From positions 13,667 through 77,666 of IMG/VR virus record IMGVR_UViG_2654588144_000016: 64,000 bases of DNA. One strand, given 5' to 3'. Origin of the DNA: a virus (lineage: Duplodnaviria; Caudoviricetes). Every line of letters begins with the position of its first letter. The first letter of the stretch is position 1. A model generated the notes under the pieces. It was not told the origin of the DNA and made no database searches. It was given only the letters and a program-made list of their open reading frames with translations. Shown in pieces: positions 19,894 through 28,898 of the stretch. The translations under genes were made by a program, and so were the position numbers.

Positions 19894-20131
19894 TCTTCCT
19901 TACCCACATACTTACCGGAGGTTGACCGCCAATCACATCCAAATGAATTGCCGGTCTAATTCCAGCCTTAATTTGCTTTAATATATCTGCCAAATCATCA
20001 TCCGAAAAACGCCACAGAGAAATCACTTCATCGGTTAGAAACTGTTCATTATACTGCTTACAAGCTGGTAAATCGTCACATCCATCTGCTACAAATACGC
20101 TATTCTGTTCTGGAAATTCTACTGGATACAT
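19883..20131 (-). CDS. Hypothetical phage protein
   Basis: ORF with RBS. Confidence 0.65.
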   Translation of the reverse strand: MYPVEFPEQNSVFVADGCDDLPACKQYNEQFLTDEVISLWRFSDDDLADILKQIKAGIRPAIHLDVIGGQPPVSMWVRKNED

Positions 20132-20143
20132 TTTCCTGCTCCT

Positions 20144-20497
20144 TTATTCTTCGTTTTCACTGTTATTGCAGTACGCCAGCAAATGCTCCGCAATCTGCCG
20201 CAAATCGCTTTTAGAATATTTCTCTGTCTCATATTCATCTAGCGCATTGGGATTAAACGCTTTCTGAATATAGTTTGTTCTTACAGTTCTCGTAGCCTTA
20301 ATAAGCATAGATGCTACATCAATAGGCTCTGCCGATAGATTATGTTTCATTTTCAATTCCTGCTTCAATTCATCAGAGTAGCATTGTATTTCCTGCAATT
20401 CAGCTTTTAGGCAGTCAATATGTGCCTGCATATCCGCTTTTTGCTTTTTATAGCAACATACCTTATTTCTCAATAATTCAATCTCAGTATTTTCCAT
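20144..20497 (-). CDS. Hypothetical coiled-coil protein
   Basis: Coupled ORF. Confidence 0.65.
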   Translation of the reverse strand: MENTEIELLRNKVCCYKKQKADMQAHIDCLKAELQEIQCYSDELKQELKMKHNLSAEPIDVASMLIKATRTVRTNYIQKAFNPNALDEYETEKYSKSDLRQIAEHLLAYCNNSENEE

Positions 20498-20711
20498 GTT
20501 CTAACCCCCTCATATATCCTTTCACGAAAGAAACCTCCTCCACGCAACCACAATTCTTGCACCGATACTTCGGCAAACCATTGATTTTCTCACGTTCAAA
20601 CTCATGCCGGCGGCAGGATTCCTCTTTCTGGTTATTCTCGTTAATGTCCCGCATGATTTTTATGGAGCGTTCGTCCATTCCTTTTGCTCTCATTTTTTCA
20701 ATATCGAACAT
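20484..20711 (-). CDS. Small Cys/His zinc-finger-like protein
   Basis: CRRHEF...CKNCG; AGGAGG RBS. Confidence 0.65.
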   Translation of the reverse strand: MFDIEKMRAKGMDERSIKIMRDINENNQKEESCRRHEFEREKINGLPKYRCKNCGCVEEVSFVKGYMRGLEHGKY

Positions 20712-20719
20712 AAGCCTCC

Positions 20720-21028
20720 TTACCCCTCTTTCCTATTAATCCGCACAACCTCTTTGACAAGGTTATGCGGTATCTGAATCACAGTGATTAAGTTCTGGTT
20801 ATGGAATATGTACGCCTTATCCCCGTAAAGCCGAATCTGGTTCGCTCTGCGATTATAGAAATACTGCTTGTCCACCCACTTTTTCAGATTGCCGGTCAAA
20901 TCCCCATGACGCAGACCTTTCTCATATGCAATTTTTGCCATCCGCTCCGAAGATTTATCATTCAGACCGCACCGCTCTTTCAATCGCTCTTTGGCGTGTT
21001 TTGTGACCTGCATACGAATGTCCTCCAA
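20720..21028 (-). CDS. Hypothetical protein, possible RelE/BECR-like fold
   Basis: VTKHAKERLKER...LITV motif. Confidence 0.55.
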   Translation of the reverse strand: MEDIRMQVTKHAKERLKERCGLNDKSSERMAKIAYEKGLRHGDLTGNLKKWVDKQYFYNRRANQIRLYGDKAYIFHNQNLITVIQIPHNLVKEVVRINRKEG

Positions 21029-21143
21029 TCCTTACTTATCACATATTGCACAGACCCCGAGAATGTAATGACTTCTGGAATCCATTGACCTTGTAACTTC
21101 TACGCAATTTCCATTTACAATACACATCGGTAAAATATCACAT

Positions 21144-21335
21144 TTAGCATTCTGTATCTTTTTCTATGTATTCAGGTGCTATAAATTCTTTGAAATATGG
21201 ACAGCCAATGCCGTGTACTTGCAGTCCTACTTCATTTTCTTTCTGGCACTGGTATATGTTGACTTCATCATTTGCTTCATCGTCCCACTCATAATCAATA
21301 TCAAGAAACTCACACTTTTCACAACGATTCTCCAT
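21144..21335 (-). CDS. Small Cys-rich acidic protein
   Basis: Coupled ORF. Confidence 0.55.
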   Translation of the reverse strand: MENRCEKCEFLDIDYEWDDEANDEVNIYQCQKENEVGLQVHGIGCPYFKEFIAPEYIEKDTEC

Positions 21336-21534
21336 ATGCTTCTCCCAATTTCCGCAATTCGTCCAATTTACCAGTATTCAGTTCTATACAATCCAGACAG
21401 TCAATAGCTATCAGCTCTTTCTCCACTCTGGACAGCTTCTTTCCAGTCTGCTCTTCTATTCTCCCATACATCCGCTTACCTTTAGCTGACTTAACGAATT
21501 TCTGAATCTTCTGGCGCTGTTGCTCTCTGTTCAT
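21319..21534 (-). CDS. Hypothetical protein
   Basis: ORF in operon. Confidence 0.55.
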   Translation of the reverse strand: MNREQQRQKIQKFVKSAKGKRMYGRIEEQTGKKLSRVEKELIAIDCLDCIELNTGKLDELRKLGEAYGESL

Positions 21535-21546
21535 CGTGCTTTATTT

Positions 21547-22464
21547 TCAATAATAATCTGACTTGTAAGCAAGCCTTTGTATTATTCCCTCCGTTGCAAA
21601 ATGTGGTAAATGCCAATCTATATTTTTTCCATAGTTTACAGTAAAATGCTTATCAATCAAAGAATAATACCCATTATCAAACGAAATTAGGTCCTCGAAA
21701 TCTTTACTTCCTTCAACAAGCTTTTCGATAACCTTAATCAGCGTTTGGTCTGACATTCTTGGGTGAAATCCTCCTGTATGCTCGTGATATTTGTCAAAAT
21801 AATAACTGATGGTATTTATTATGTTCTCTACTACACTATCATCATCGTAAAATAATTTATCTCGACACAACCTGATTGTTCTTGTAAGCACTTCGCCTTT
21901 TACGTCTTTTCCATCATTGTGGAACACATCGTCCTTCGCACCGATTCTATCGGTCGGAGTATTCGCTCCTCCTTTTTCTTTAGAAAAAGAATTTAGTGTA
22001 CTCTTTGGTGTATTCTCTGTATAGTACTCTCTGGTATTGGTTGGTTCATCTTGATTTGCTCGAATGTCGCAAAATGATACGTCCGTCGTATCATTTTGCG
22101 ACATTCGATTGTTCATCATAGATTCCTCAAGTTTTTTATAATCTATCGAATACCATTTTGTCTTATCAAACGAATATGTATTATGATTTGCGGAAATTAC
22201 ATATCCGTCCTTTTCTAATTTTGCAAAAATCCGTTTAATTGTTGGAATCGACCAAAAAGGAAAATTATCTCTTTGCCAATCCTCATATGTATTAAACGTC
22301 CAGTATCTTCCATCAATAAAATTCTTTCCGCTCCGCTCATTAAACTCCAACCAGTATTCAATCTGGTTGAGAACAATGGCTTCATTAAGCCCAACTAACA
22401 TAGCCAATTCTTGGCGAATGTTGAGCATTCTATCTTTATTTATAAATAAACTTCTTGCTGTCAT
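21547..22464 (-). CDS. Replication-initiator-like winged-helix protein
   Basis: GLNEAIVLNQIEYW, FPFWS..TIKR, DKTKWYSIDY motifs. Confidence 0.75.
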   Translation of the reverse strand: MTARSLFINKDRMLNIRQELAMLVGLNEAIVLNQIEYWLEFNERSGKNFIDGRYWTFNTYEDWQRDNFPFWSIPTIKRIFAKLEKDGYVISANHNTYSFDKTKWYSIDYKKLEESMMNNRMSQNDTTDVSFCDIRANQDEPTNTREYYTENTPKSTLNSFSKEKGGANTPTDRIGAKDDVFHNDGKDVKGEVLTRTIRLCRDKLFYDDDSVVENIINTISYYFDKYHEHTGGFHPRMSDQTLIKVIEKLVEGSKDFEDLISFDNGYYSLIDKHFTVNYGKNIDWHLPHFATEGIIQRLAYKSDYY

Positions 22465-22565
22465 TTTAATTACCTACCTTTCAAGTAATTGCCTCAATTT
22501 GGATTTAGGCAAGGAAACGGTTAAGGCTTACCGCTTTCGTGTTGCAATCACTATCCTTGCCTAAG

Positions 22566-22637
22566 TTGGGCTAGTTGGATTCGAACCAACGAATACAGGA
22601 GTCAAAGTCCTGTGCCTTACCGCTTGGCGATAGCCCA
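22566..22637 (-). tRNA. tRNA-Gln (TTG)
   Basis: Cloverleaf TGGGCTA..., anticodon loop CTTTGAC, T-loop TTCGAAT. Confidence 0.93.
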
Positions 22638-22642
22638 TAAAT

Positions 22643-22951
22643 CTATGCTTCTTCTACTTGTCCAAAAACTTCACAATATCGCTTAACATCAGTAAATCCA
22701 AGAATCTCTTTTGCTTTTTCTACTGATTCCGTTCTAATATCAGAGTAAGTAGTAATTATATGACCATCTCCAAATCCATCTTGATAATTTTCAAATTCAC
22801 ATTTTGCCGAAAAGAAGTTCTGTCTAAAAGTCATAAAATATTTTCTACCATTTTGTTCACCAATTACTTCCGCATTATTTGTTCTATAAAGTTTTCCACA
22901 AATAATTGCAGAAGAATGATTGGTTTCTCTAATAAATCTCATATTACACAC
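22643..22951 (-). CDS. Hypothetical protein between tRNAs
   Basis: ORF with RBS. Confidence 0.6.
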   Translation of the reverse strand: MCNMRFIRETNHSSAIICGKLYRTNNAEVIGEQNGRKYFMTFRQNFFSAKCEFENYQDGFGDGHIITTYSDIRTESVEKAKEILGFTDVKRYCEVFGQVEEA

Positions 22952-22981
22952 ACCTTTACGATTAATAAACTTTTACTACAA

Positions 22982-23055
22982 TGGACGCTCTGGGCATCGA
23001 ACCCAGGAATCTTCCGGTTATGAGCCGGATGCATTAACCACTTTGCTAAGCGTCC
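22982..23055 (-). tRNA. tRNA with CAT anticodon (Ile2-like, or Met)
   Basis: GGACGCT acceptor, CCGG-CTCATAA-CCGG arm resembles Firmicute tRNA-Ile2. Confidence 0.85.
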
Positions 23056-23218
23056 TAAGCACGACCCGCTTAGATTATCACACCGTCTACTATCCAGTTC
23101 CTCTGGTTTCGCAAGCATACTCGTGCACTAATATGCTCCGGTAGTTTTCAGCGGGCATTATCATTCTTTGTGAGGCGTTGTGCGTACTCTCACATCAGCC
23201 GGGAGCGACCCGGCAACA

Positions 23219-23318
23219 TGGGGAGTATAAGAATCGAACCTATGTCTCTGGTGGTATCGATTTTTATGTTTACGATTATTCTGCTTTCCCCAGTGTCTTA
23301 CCACTTGACTAACTTCCC
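23219..23318 (-). ncRNA. tRNA-like RNA with a ~35-nt insert in place of the anticodon loop
   Basis: Acceptor GGGAAGT/ACTCCCC, D arm GTC-AAGTGGTAA-GAC, T arm ATAGG-TTCGATT-CTTAT. Confidence 0.65.
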
Positions 23319-23433
23319 AGGCTCATCCGTCCCCTGTATAGCCCCAAAGAACGGACAATGTTTATCAGACATTCGCTCTTTCCCCTATTGGGCGGGCATG
23401 TGAACCTTCGCTACTCGGCTATGAAGAGCAAAA

Positions 23434-23551
23434 TTCTGCATAACAGAATCGAACTGTGCTTACCCCAACGCCTGACTTTTGAAATGTACTCTGGTTGCGC
23501 TCACGCCATTTCCATTACAAAAGCGAGTGGATTTGAACCACATATGCAGAA
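23434..23551 (-). ncRNA. Structured RNA with two T-arm motifs
   Basis: Closing stem TTCTGCATA/TATGCAGAA enclosing GTGG-TTCAAAT-CCAC and ACAG-TTCGATT-CTGT. Confidence 0.55.
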
Positions 23552-23569
23552 CTCGTATCGTCATACGAA

Positions 23570-23642
23570 TGGGAAGTATAGGTTCCGACCCTATCTCTCC
23601 TGCTCTTCAGGCAGGCGCTTTCACCAGATTAGCTTACTTCCC
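23570..23642 (-). tRNA. tRNA-Phe (GAA), atypical T-loop
   Basis: CCTGC-CTGAAGA-GCAGG arm; T-loop GTCGGAA. Confidence 0.75.
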
Positions 23643-23789
23643 AGTATAAATCCCCCTTGTTCCGTACAAGGACGAAATTTTATTAACTTCCGTTGTAAAC
23701 TCCATTTTCTGGAATCAATGGGAAACCTTGTTTCGCTACCGTTTATCGCAGAGTCGTTTGCAAACAAGAAAAGGTCAACACATCTCTCA

Positions 23790-23873
23790 TGGGAAGAACT
23801 GGATTTGAACCAGCAGAACCCGAAGGTACCAGATTTACAGTCTGGCCCGCTACCAATTACGGTATATCTTCCC
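23790..23873 (-). tRNA. tRNA-Tyr (GTA)
   Basis: CCAGA-CTGTAAA-TCTGG arm, long variable arm, T-loop TTCAAAT. Confidence 0.9.
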
Positions 23874-23874
23874 T

Positions 23875-24493
23875 CAACGGGCATGCGCCCGTTAGCAACA
23901 TCTTTATCGTGCATATGCTTTACACTATCCGGTTTGCAGCCTTTCACCGGCAACTCTTTTATCCAGCTACCTCGCAAAACTGGACGGACAATTTCTTCTC
24001 ACCCGCAGGCTTTTCCCCTTGCCTTATCGGTTCACATGCAAAATTGCCACTGGTGTTTTAGGGAAAATCTTAGCAAGGTTTTTACTAGAACCGCTCTCAC
24101 GGTTCCGCTACTTTTTCTCCATCATGGTAGATGGGAAAACACATTCCTTGAAACTCCCCAGACACGCTTTGGCGCCGATTATGTACTCCAGAATGTTATC
24201 AGCAACTCAAATCCGTCCGCATCGGCGTTCCCGTACACTAGCCAAATTTGGTGACTGAGTAAATGCTGATAAGTTTTTCTACGGCTTATACGGGGGCCGT
24301 AGCATTTGGAAGATTGGAAAGCCTACCTATCTCTCCTGCAGCAGTTAGCTCATGCTTGCCAAGGCCGGTTTATATGGCTTAACCTGCTGCCATGTCTTGG
24401 AACTCCCATACAGGTGACACGTCTGCCAACTATTATCCGACTGCCTCAAACAGGAAGCAGCCTGACCATATACTGCATGGTAAAAACGTTCCA
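23875..24493 (-). ncRNA. Candidate large structured ncRNA between tRNA-Thr and tRNA-Tyr
   Basis: No credible ORF; at least ten hairpins and a pseudoknot-type pairing. Confidence 0.45.
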
Positions 24494-24566
24494 AGCTATC
24501 AACCGGATTCGAACCGACAACCTATCGCTTACAGGGCGATTGCTCTACCATTTGAGCTATGACAGC
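24494..24566 (-). tRNA. tRNA-Thr (TGT), C at position 33
   Basis: GCTGTCA acceptor, ATCGC-CCTGTAA-GCGAT arm, TTCGAAT. Confidence 0.82.
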
Positions 24567-24779
24567 TACTACAAATACCAATGATAACCACTCATTGGCA
24601 TGGATACTCCCCTGCGTTTACCGTTCCAGACGGATTGCAACGCCCAGTTCTCTTGTGTATCCTTCCCAGGCTGTAAAACCTCACGGCGGTCGTAAGCCGC
24701 CTTAACAGCCTATTGGCTATGAGGTAGAGGTCAAGTATGAAAAAAATCAAATCCGCATATTCAGCACAAGTATGCGGAA

Positions 24780-24858
24780 TAGGGAGAACAGGAATCGAAC
24801 CTGTGACTTCGGAGTGTTTCGTCGGCTTCTCCGCACTCTACCACTGAGCCATCTCCCT
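24780..24858 (-). ncRNA. tRNA-like RNA with a 14-nt anticodon loop
   Basis: Perfect acceptor AGGGAGA/TCTCCCT, D and T arms; CGGAG-AAGCCGACGAAACA-CTCCG. Confidence 0.7.
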
Positions 24859-25182
24859 TCAATCCGGTCGGAATTATGCCAACCGGATGTTTTACCAGAT
24901 ATGGTAATGTTATGCGGCTTTTCAGCAACTACCGCATTTCAACGCTACCTTTGGCCCCGATTCACGAGATAATGTTTCTTGGGATTCCACATTATTATCC
25001 GCATTATCCAGTTGCACCATGGGCTCCAGCTACTCTGGATGCCTCGACCGCTCACAAGGGTAAGGAATCCCGTGCTTACCTGCTTGATTCGGTCTTATTG
25101 CCTGCTTTACAGAACTTTTTGATATGAATTGAACCCATTCGTATGTAATGAACAGGATAATTCCGAAATAGGTGAAAATCAT

Positions 25183-25935
25183 TTAATCCTCCAACCATTC
25201 GTTGTCGAGACAGATAAACCCAACCACTGCACCACCGGTCAATATAATCCAAATTATCCAAAACAGCACTATCGGAAAGCCAGAAGTCAAATACTCTACC
25301 GTTGATTCTATGTCCTGTCCAACGTAAAACGGTGAATCATCTTTCATGGCTCCGTCTCGCAAATCAGTATAGACTGTGCCAGTATATTTCGGATTACATC
25401 CATAATATTTGAATCTCACAAATCCAGATTCATTCATTGTGTCTATGTAATCCGTTCCCGGCATAGCCACTTTGGAATAATCCATTTCGATATCGCAAAA
25501 TTGGATTTTCTTACTATGGACTTCTTCACTTCCGGCATAATCCCATGACCAATATGTTTCTGTCCTTGTATGGGTTTTTCCGTTGAAATCCGTATATGTG
25601 ACCGTTCTGGTATGCATATTGTAATGCTCCTCAACCTTTTCCACGTACAGATATTCTCCACCAATTTCTGGATATGTGACTGTATCAATCGCCTCCAGTT
25701 CTCCATACACAAACGCATTACCAATACTGGTATTCATGCCATACCGAAACATCTCTGTTTCAGTTATCTTTGCCGCCTTGTAATACTCTGCGTTTTTGTC
25801 CATCTGGTGTTCTTCTATTTTCCCGGCAAACACGAATCCAAGAATCATCATCACCGCAATAATGGTAATACTGGCCAGAATCTCACGCATTGTTATCTCA
25901 TAACTTCCGAACCACCACGACTTTTTCATAATCAT
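25183..25935 (-). CDS. Membrane protein (N- and C-terminal TM helices), LemA partner
   Basis: Two hydrophobic segments; coupled to lemA. Confidence 0.75.
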   Translation of the reverse strand: MIMKKSWWFGSYEITMREILASITIIAVMMILGFVFAGKIEEHQMDKNAEYYKAAKITETEMFRYGMNTSIGNAFVYGELEAIDTVTYPEIGGEYLYVEKVEEHYNMHTRTVTYTDFNGKTHTRTETYWSWDYAGSEEVHSKKIQFCDIEMDYSKVAMPGTDYIDTMNESGFVRFKYYGCNPKYTGTVYTDLRDGAMKDDSPFYVGQDIESTVEYLTSGFPIVLFWIIWIILTGGAVVGFICLDNEWLED

Positions 25936-26474
25936 TCACCAAACAAATTCGTCGGCGCATCAACCGGAGCCTGATAGTCCAATCTCTGATAATCCAGCAC
26001 CTCATAACCTGTCCAAGACAGAAACTGTCTGGCCGGAAATCCTTTTACATACCGGTTATATGTACCTACCTGCTTGTTGTAGCTCTCTCGGTACTGGGCA
26101 ATCATGTTTTCCGTGGTAGCAAGCTCTGTCATGAGCTGTTTGTAATTCTCATTACTTTTCAGTTCTGGATACGCTTCTGCTACCGCTGTAATTGCAGTAG
26201 TCACATTCTCGATATCTCCGGTGCTTCCTCTGCCGGCCACAATCGCCTGTAACGTTTCCGCCTCATGCTTGTCATACTGCTTAATCGTATCCACAAGATT
26301 TGGTAGCAAGTCGATTCTGCGCTTCTCCTGCACCTTAATGTCAGACATGGAGGTTTCAATGGATTCCTCCAAGCCGATTGCCTTATTTCTGCTGCCCTGT
26401 ACGCCAAATACGCACGCTACTGCAATAAAAACAATTCCTACTGCCACAATGGCACCTATCTTCCATGTTTTTAT
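25932..26474 (-). CDS. lemA: LemA family protein
   Basis: RRIDLLPNLV and AEAYPELKSNENY motifs; RBS points to in-frame ATA at 26474 (GTG 26447 alternative). Confidence 0.85.
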   Translation of the reverse strand: MKTWKIGAIVAVGIVFIAVACVFGVQGSRNKAIGLEESIETSMSDIKVQEKRRIDLLPNLVDTIKQYDKHEAETLQAIVAGRGSTGDIENVTTAITAVAEAYPELKSNENYKQLMTELATTENMIAQYRESYNKQVGTYNRYVKGFPARQFLSWTGYEVLDYQRLDYQAPVDAPTNLFGE

Positions 26475-26501
26475 TTTGATTTACCTCCCGTTTTTTAACA
26501 C

Positions 26502-26810
26502 TCAACAATTATTCCGACAGTGATATGCTCCGAACACCATCAGATTGACTTCCTTTTCATCAAAGCCACACCTGTTCAGTCTACGAACCATGGAATACTT
26601 CTCCTTTGTCGGAAGTTTCCAGAAATTCTCCCGGAGTTTACCCAAGCATATGATACAGTTTCTTACTGCCTCAAACAATTCTTCAAATGCCAATTTGATT
26701 TTGATTAAAATCCGCTTAAACTCTACAACCATCATATTGCCAGATTCATTGATACATTTTTTCTGTGATTCTGTCATGCATATGTACATTTCCGTAATCA
26801 CCTCCACCAA
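26502..26810 (-). CDS. Hypothetical protein
   Basis: ORF in operon. Confidence 0.6.
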   Translation of the reverse strand: MVEVITEMYICMTESQKKCINESGNMMVVEFKRILIKIKLAFEELFEAVRNCIICLGKLRENFWKLPTKEKYSMVRRLNRCGFDEKEVNLMVFGAYHCRNNC

Positions 26811-26945
26811 ATCAATCCGGCACTTGCCAGAAAGAGAAATATCATCACGGAAAATCCAACCACAGAAGCAACATCTTTAACATTATTCCACATGAACCAT
26901 CCTATGATAGCCGCCATAATAATATCTCCACAGGTTACAATAGAC

Positions 26946-27191
26946 TTAATTACTTCCATCACCATCCTCCATTCCGATAATTTGGTTCAAGATTTCTTCC
27001 GCTAAATGCTTCGCCCCATATTCAGCGTGAATTTCGGATTCACCATCTCCAATATAATGCTCCTTTGGTTTTAAAACGCTGAAAATACTCGCCACAAAAC
27101 CATCGTACAAATCTCCCTGTTTCAAAAGCTCATTTCGGAGAATTTTGATAACTATCGGTATTGTAAAAAATGGCATCTTAACTGTAGACAT
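26946..27191 (-). CDS. Hypothetical protein
   Basis: ORF with GGAGG RBS. Confidence 0.65.
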   Translation of the reverse strand: MSTVKMPFFTIPIVIKILRNELLKQGDLYDGFVASIFSVLKPKEHYIGDGESEIHAEYGAKHLAEEILNQIIGMEDGDGSN

Positions 27192-27204
27192 ACGCTATTT
27201 CCTC

Positions 27205-27609
27205 CTACTGCAAGTCGTTTACGGAAAACACAATCCCCAAGCAATACGGTTCTCCATCCTCATACACCATGAATGTCTCATGTGGAATGTCAGTCTTGTA
27301 CGTCCATGGGATAACATTTCCGTCCTCATCCTTGGACGCCTTGTCGCACCATAACGCTTCAATGCAATTCGGGAAGTCTTTCTTATCGTCCTCGCCGTTA
27401 TAAACGCTCTCTTTCGAGAACCAGACCTTTCCACCATCGAAACAACCGCCCTCGTCACTCATGGCTCCCTCAAATTCCATCAAATCGTCTGAAGCGCCGG
27501 TGACAATTACCCAACCGTTATCTTTAGCTGTCTGGATTTCTTTTTTCGTAAACATATAAGAATCATATTCTTTACCATCAAGCTGCTGTGCAAATTCTTT
27601 TATTTTCAT
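27205..27609 (-). CDS. Conserved phage protein (GASDDLMEF family)
   Basis: GASDDL and WTYKTDIPHETF motifs common in phages. Confidence 0.75.
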   Translation of the reverse strand: MKIKEFAQQLDGKEYDSYMFTKKEIQTAKDNGWVIVTGASDDLMEFEGAMSDEGGCFDGGKVWFSKESVYNGEDDKKDFPNCIEALWCDKASKDEDGNVIPWTYKTDIPHETFMVYEDGEPYCLGIVFSVNDLQ

Positions 27610-27772
27610 AGGATTACTCGCCTTTCTTCACTTCATCAAAACAGCCGTCATAATACTCTGTTTCCAGACCGTAATTTTCGCTTTCCTCGTTATCACATAC
27701 CCACTCGCCATCTATACGTTTGTGGTGTTCGCAGTTGCCGCACATTACTCATCCCTCCACATTGTCAAATCT

Positions 27773-28099
27773 TCATTCATGTTCCAACTCCAATGTCACA
27801 TAATATCCGTTTCCCTTTATATGCTCAATGGTATACGTTCCCAGATTTCCATTGGCATTTATCTTAATCGTATCCCCAACTTTTGCATATTGGTCATATA
27901 CTGTTTTTCTTACAAAATGCTCCTCAAATACTTTATCCAAAATGAAAAGTAAAACACCCTCATAACTTATTGAAGCATAGCCATGCGGAACAGAATGATA
28001 TGGAGCAATCTTAAACTCTCCACCAACATTATTAAGCCTTAATCCATTCAAATTTAACGGCTTTACCTGTACCCATGATTCTCCCTCATTGCCATACAT
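27773..28099 (-). CDS. Hypothetical protein
   Basis: ORF with RBS. Confidence 0.6.
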   Translation of the reverse strand: MYGNEGESWVQVKPLNLNGLRLNNVGGEFKIAPYHSVPHGYASISYEGVLLFILDKVFEEHFVRKTVYDQYAKVGDTIKINANGNLGTYTIEHIKGNGYYVTLELEHE

Positions 28100-28314
28100 C
28101 GTTCATTCCTCCACAATTGCCAGTTCTTTGCTAAATCATCCATGAATCCTTTTTCAATACTAAAATTTTCGACCCCATCAATCATCACAGAATCTATGGC
28201 AAAAGTCCTGTCCCCGGCTTCACGCATCAATGCAAAAATCAGCTCCTTTACGTCATCCGGACTGTCACAGTCTGTATTGATTTTAATATTGATTTGCAAC
28301 TTTTTAATAGCCAT
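28063..28314 (-). CDS. Hypothetical protein
   Basis: ORF with RBS. Confidence 0.6.
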   Translation of the reverse strand: MAIKKLQINIKINTDCDSPDDVKELIFALMREAGDRTFAIDSVMIDGVENFSIEKGFMDDLAKNWQLWRNERCMAMRENHGYR

Positions 28315-28339
28315 ATTATGCCCTTTCTCTTACAAAGCC

Positions 28340-28606
28340 TTAATTTCCTTGCGCTTCCAGAACAGACTTTCTCGGACAGTAATAATTGGTAATCTGACCG
28401 CTCTTGCCCGCCGGAACTGCAACCAGAACACGTTCGTGGATACTGATATGCCTATCATATTTGACATGACTTGGTTTTACGTCATGCGGAAGAAGCAAAT
28501 CTGTATCCTTTTTTGCTGATACAATTGCTATAACCTTTCCCGTTTTTTTCTTATCGCTACCCTGCGCCTGGCTTGTCCATGTAACTTCTTTTCCAACTCC
28601 AATCAT
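28340..28606 (-). CDS. Hypothetical protein (SH3-like)
   Basis: VTWTSQA...GKVIAIV pattern; RBS GAGGAG. Confidence 0.65.
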   Translation of the reverse strand: MIGVGKEVTWTSQAQGSDKKKTGKVIAIVSAKKDTDLLLPHDVKPSHVKYDRHISIHERVLVAVPAGKSGQITNYYCPRKSVLEAQGN

Positions 28607-28898
28607 AATCAGTTCTCCTCACCTTCATTGTATTTAGGAAATCCCCTTGTACTGAATCCTTCTGACTTACAGATATACTGTTCTTGGTTACTATCCATAT
28701 GGGTATCCTCCTAGCTGGAAAGCCTTTTTATTTTTTTCGGAATTAAAGGGACTAACTGGCGCCGACATCGGCTTCCTACAGACCCCCTCCCGCCCCATTT
28801 GCATATGACGGTTGATTGGCTGAAATACTGCACAAATTCCAGTTCAAAAACTATGCATATTGCTGTTTCAAAGGCCATCATCACTTATATTCGTTTTC

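Noticed and set aside
21133-21146. TAAATGTGATATTT at a stop codon as another junction site
   Set aside because: Spacer is 6 nt rather than 5 and it is isolated from the array
23219-23318. tmRNA or intron-containing tRNA
   Set aside because: No tag ORF or pseudoknots, and the insert is far too short for a self-splicing intron
23358-24254. 298-aa plus-strand ORF and other ORFs in the tRNA island
   Set aside because: Antisense to tRNAs and structured RNAs, no RBS, non-protein-like composition
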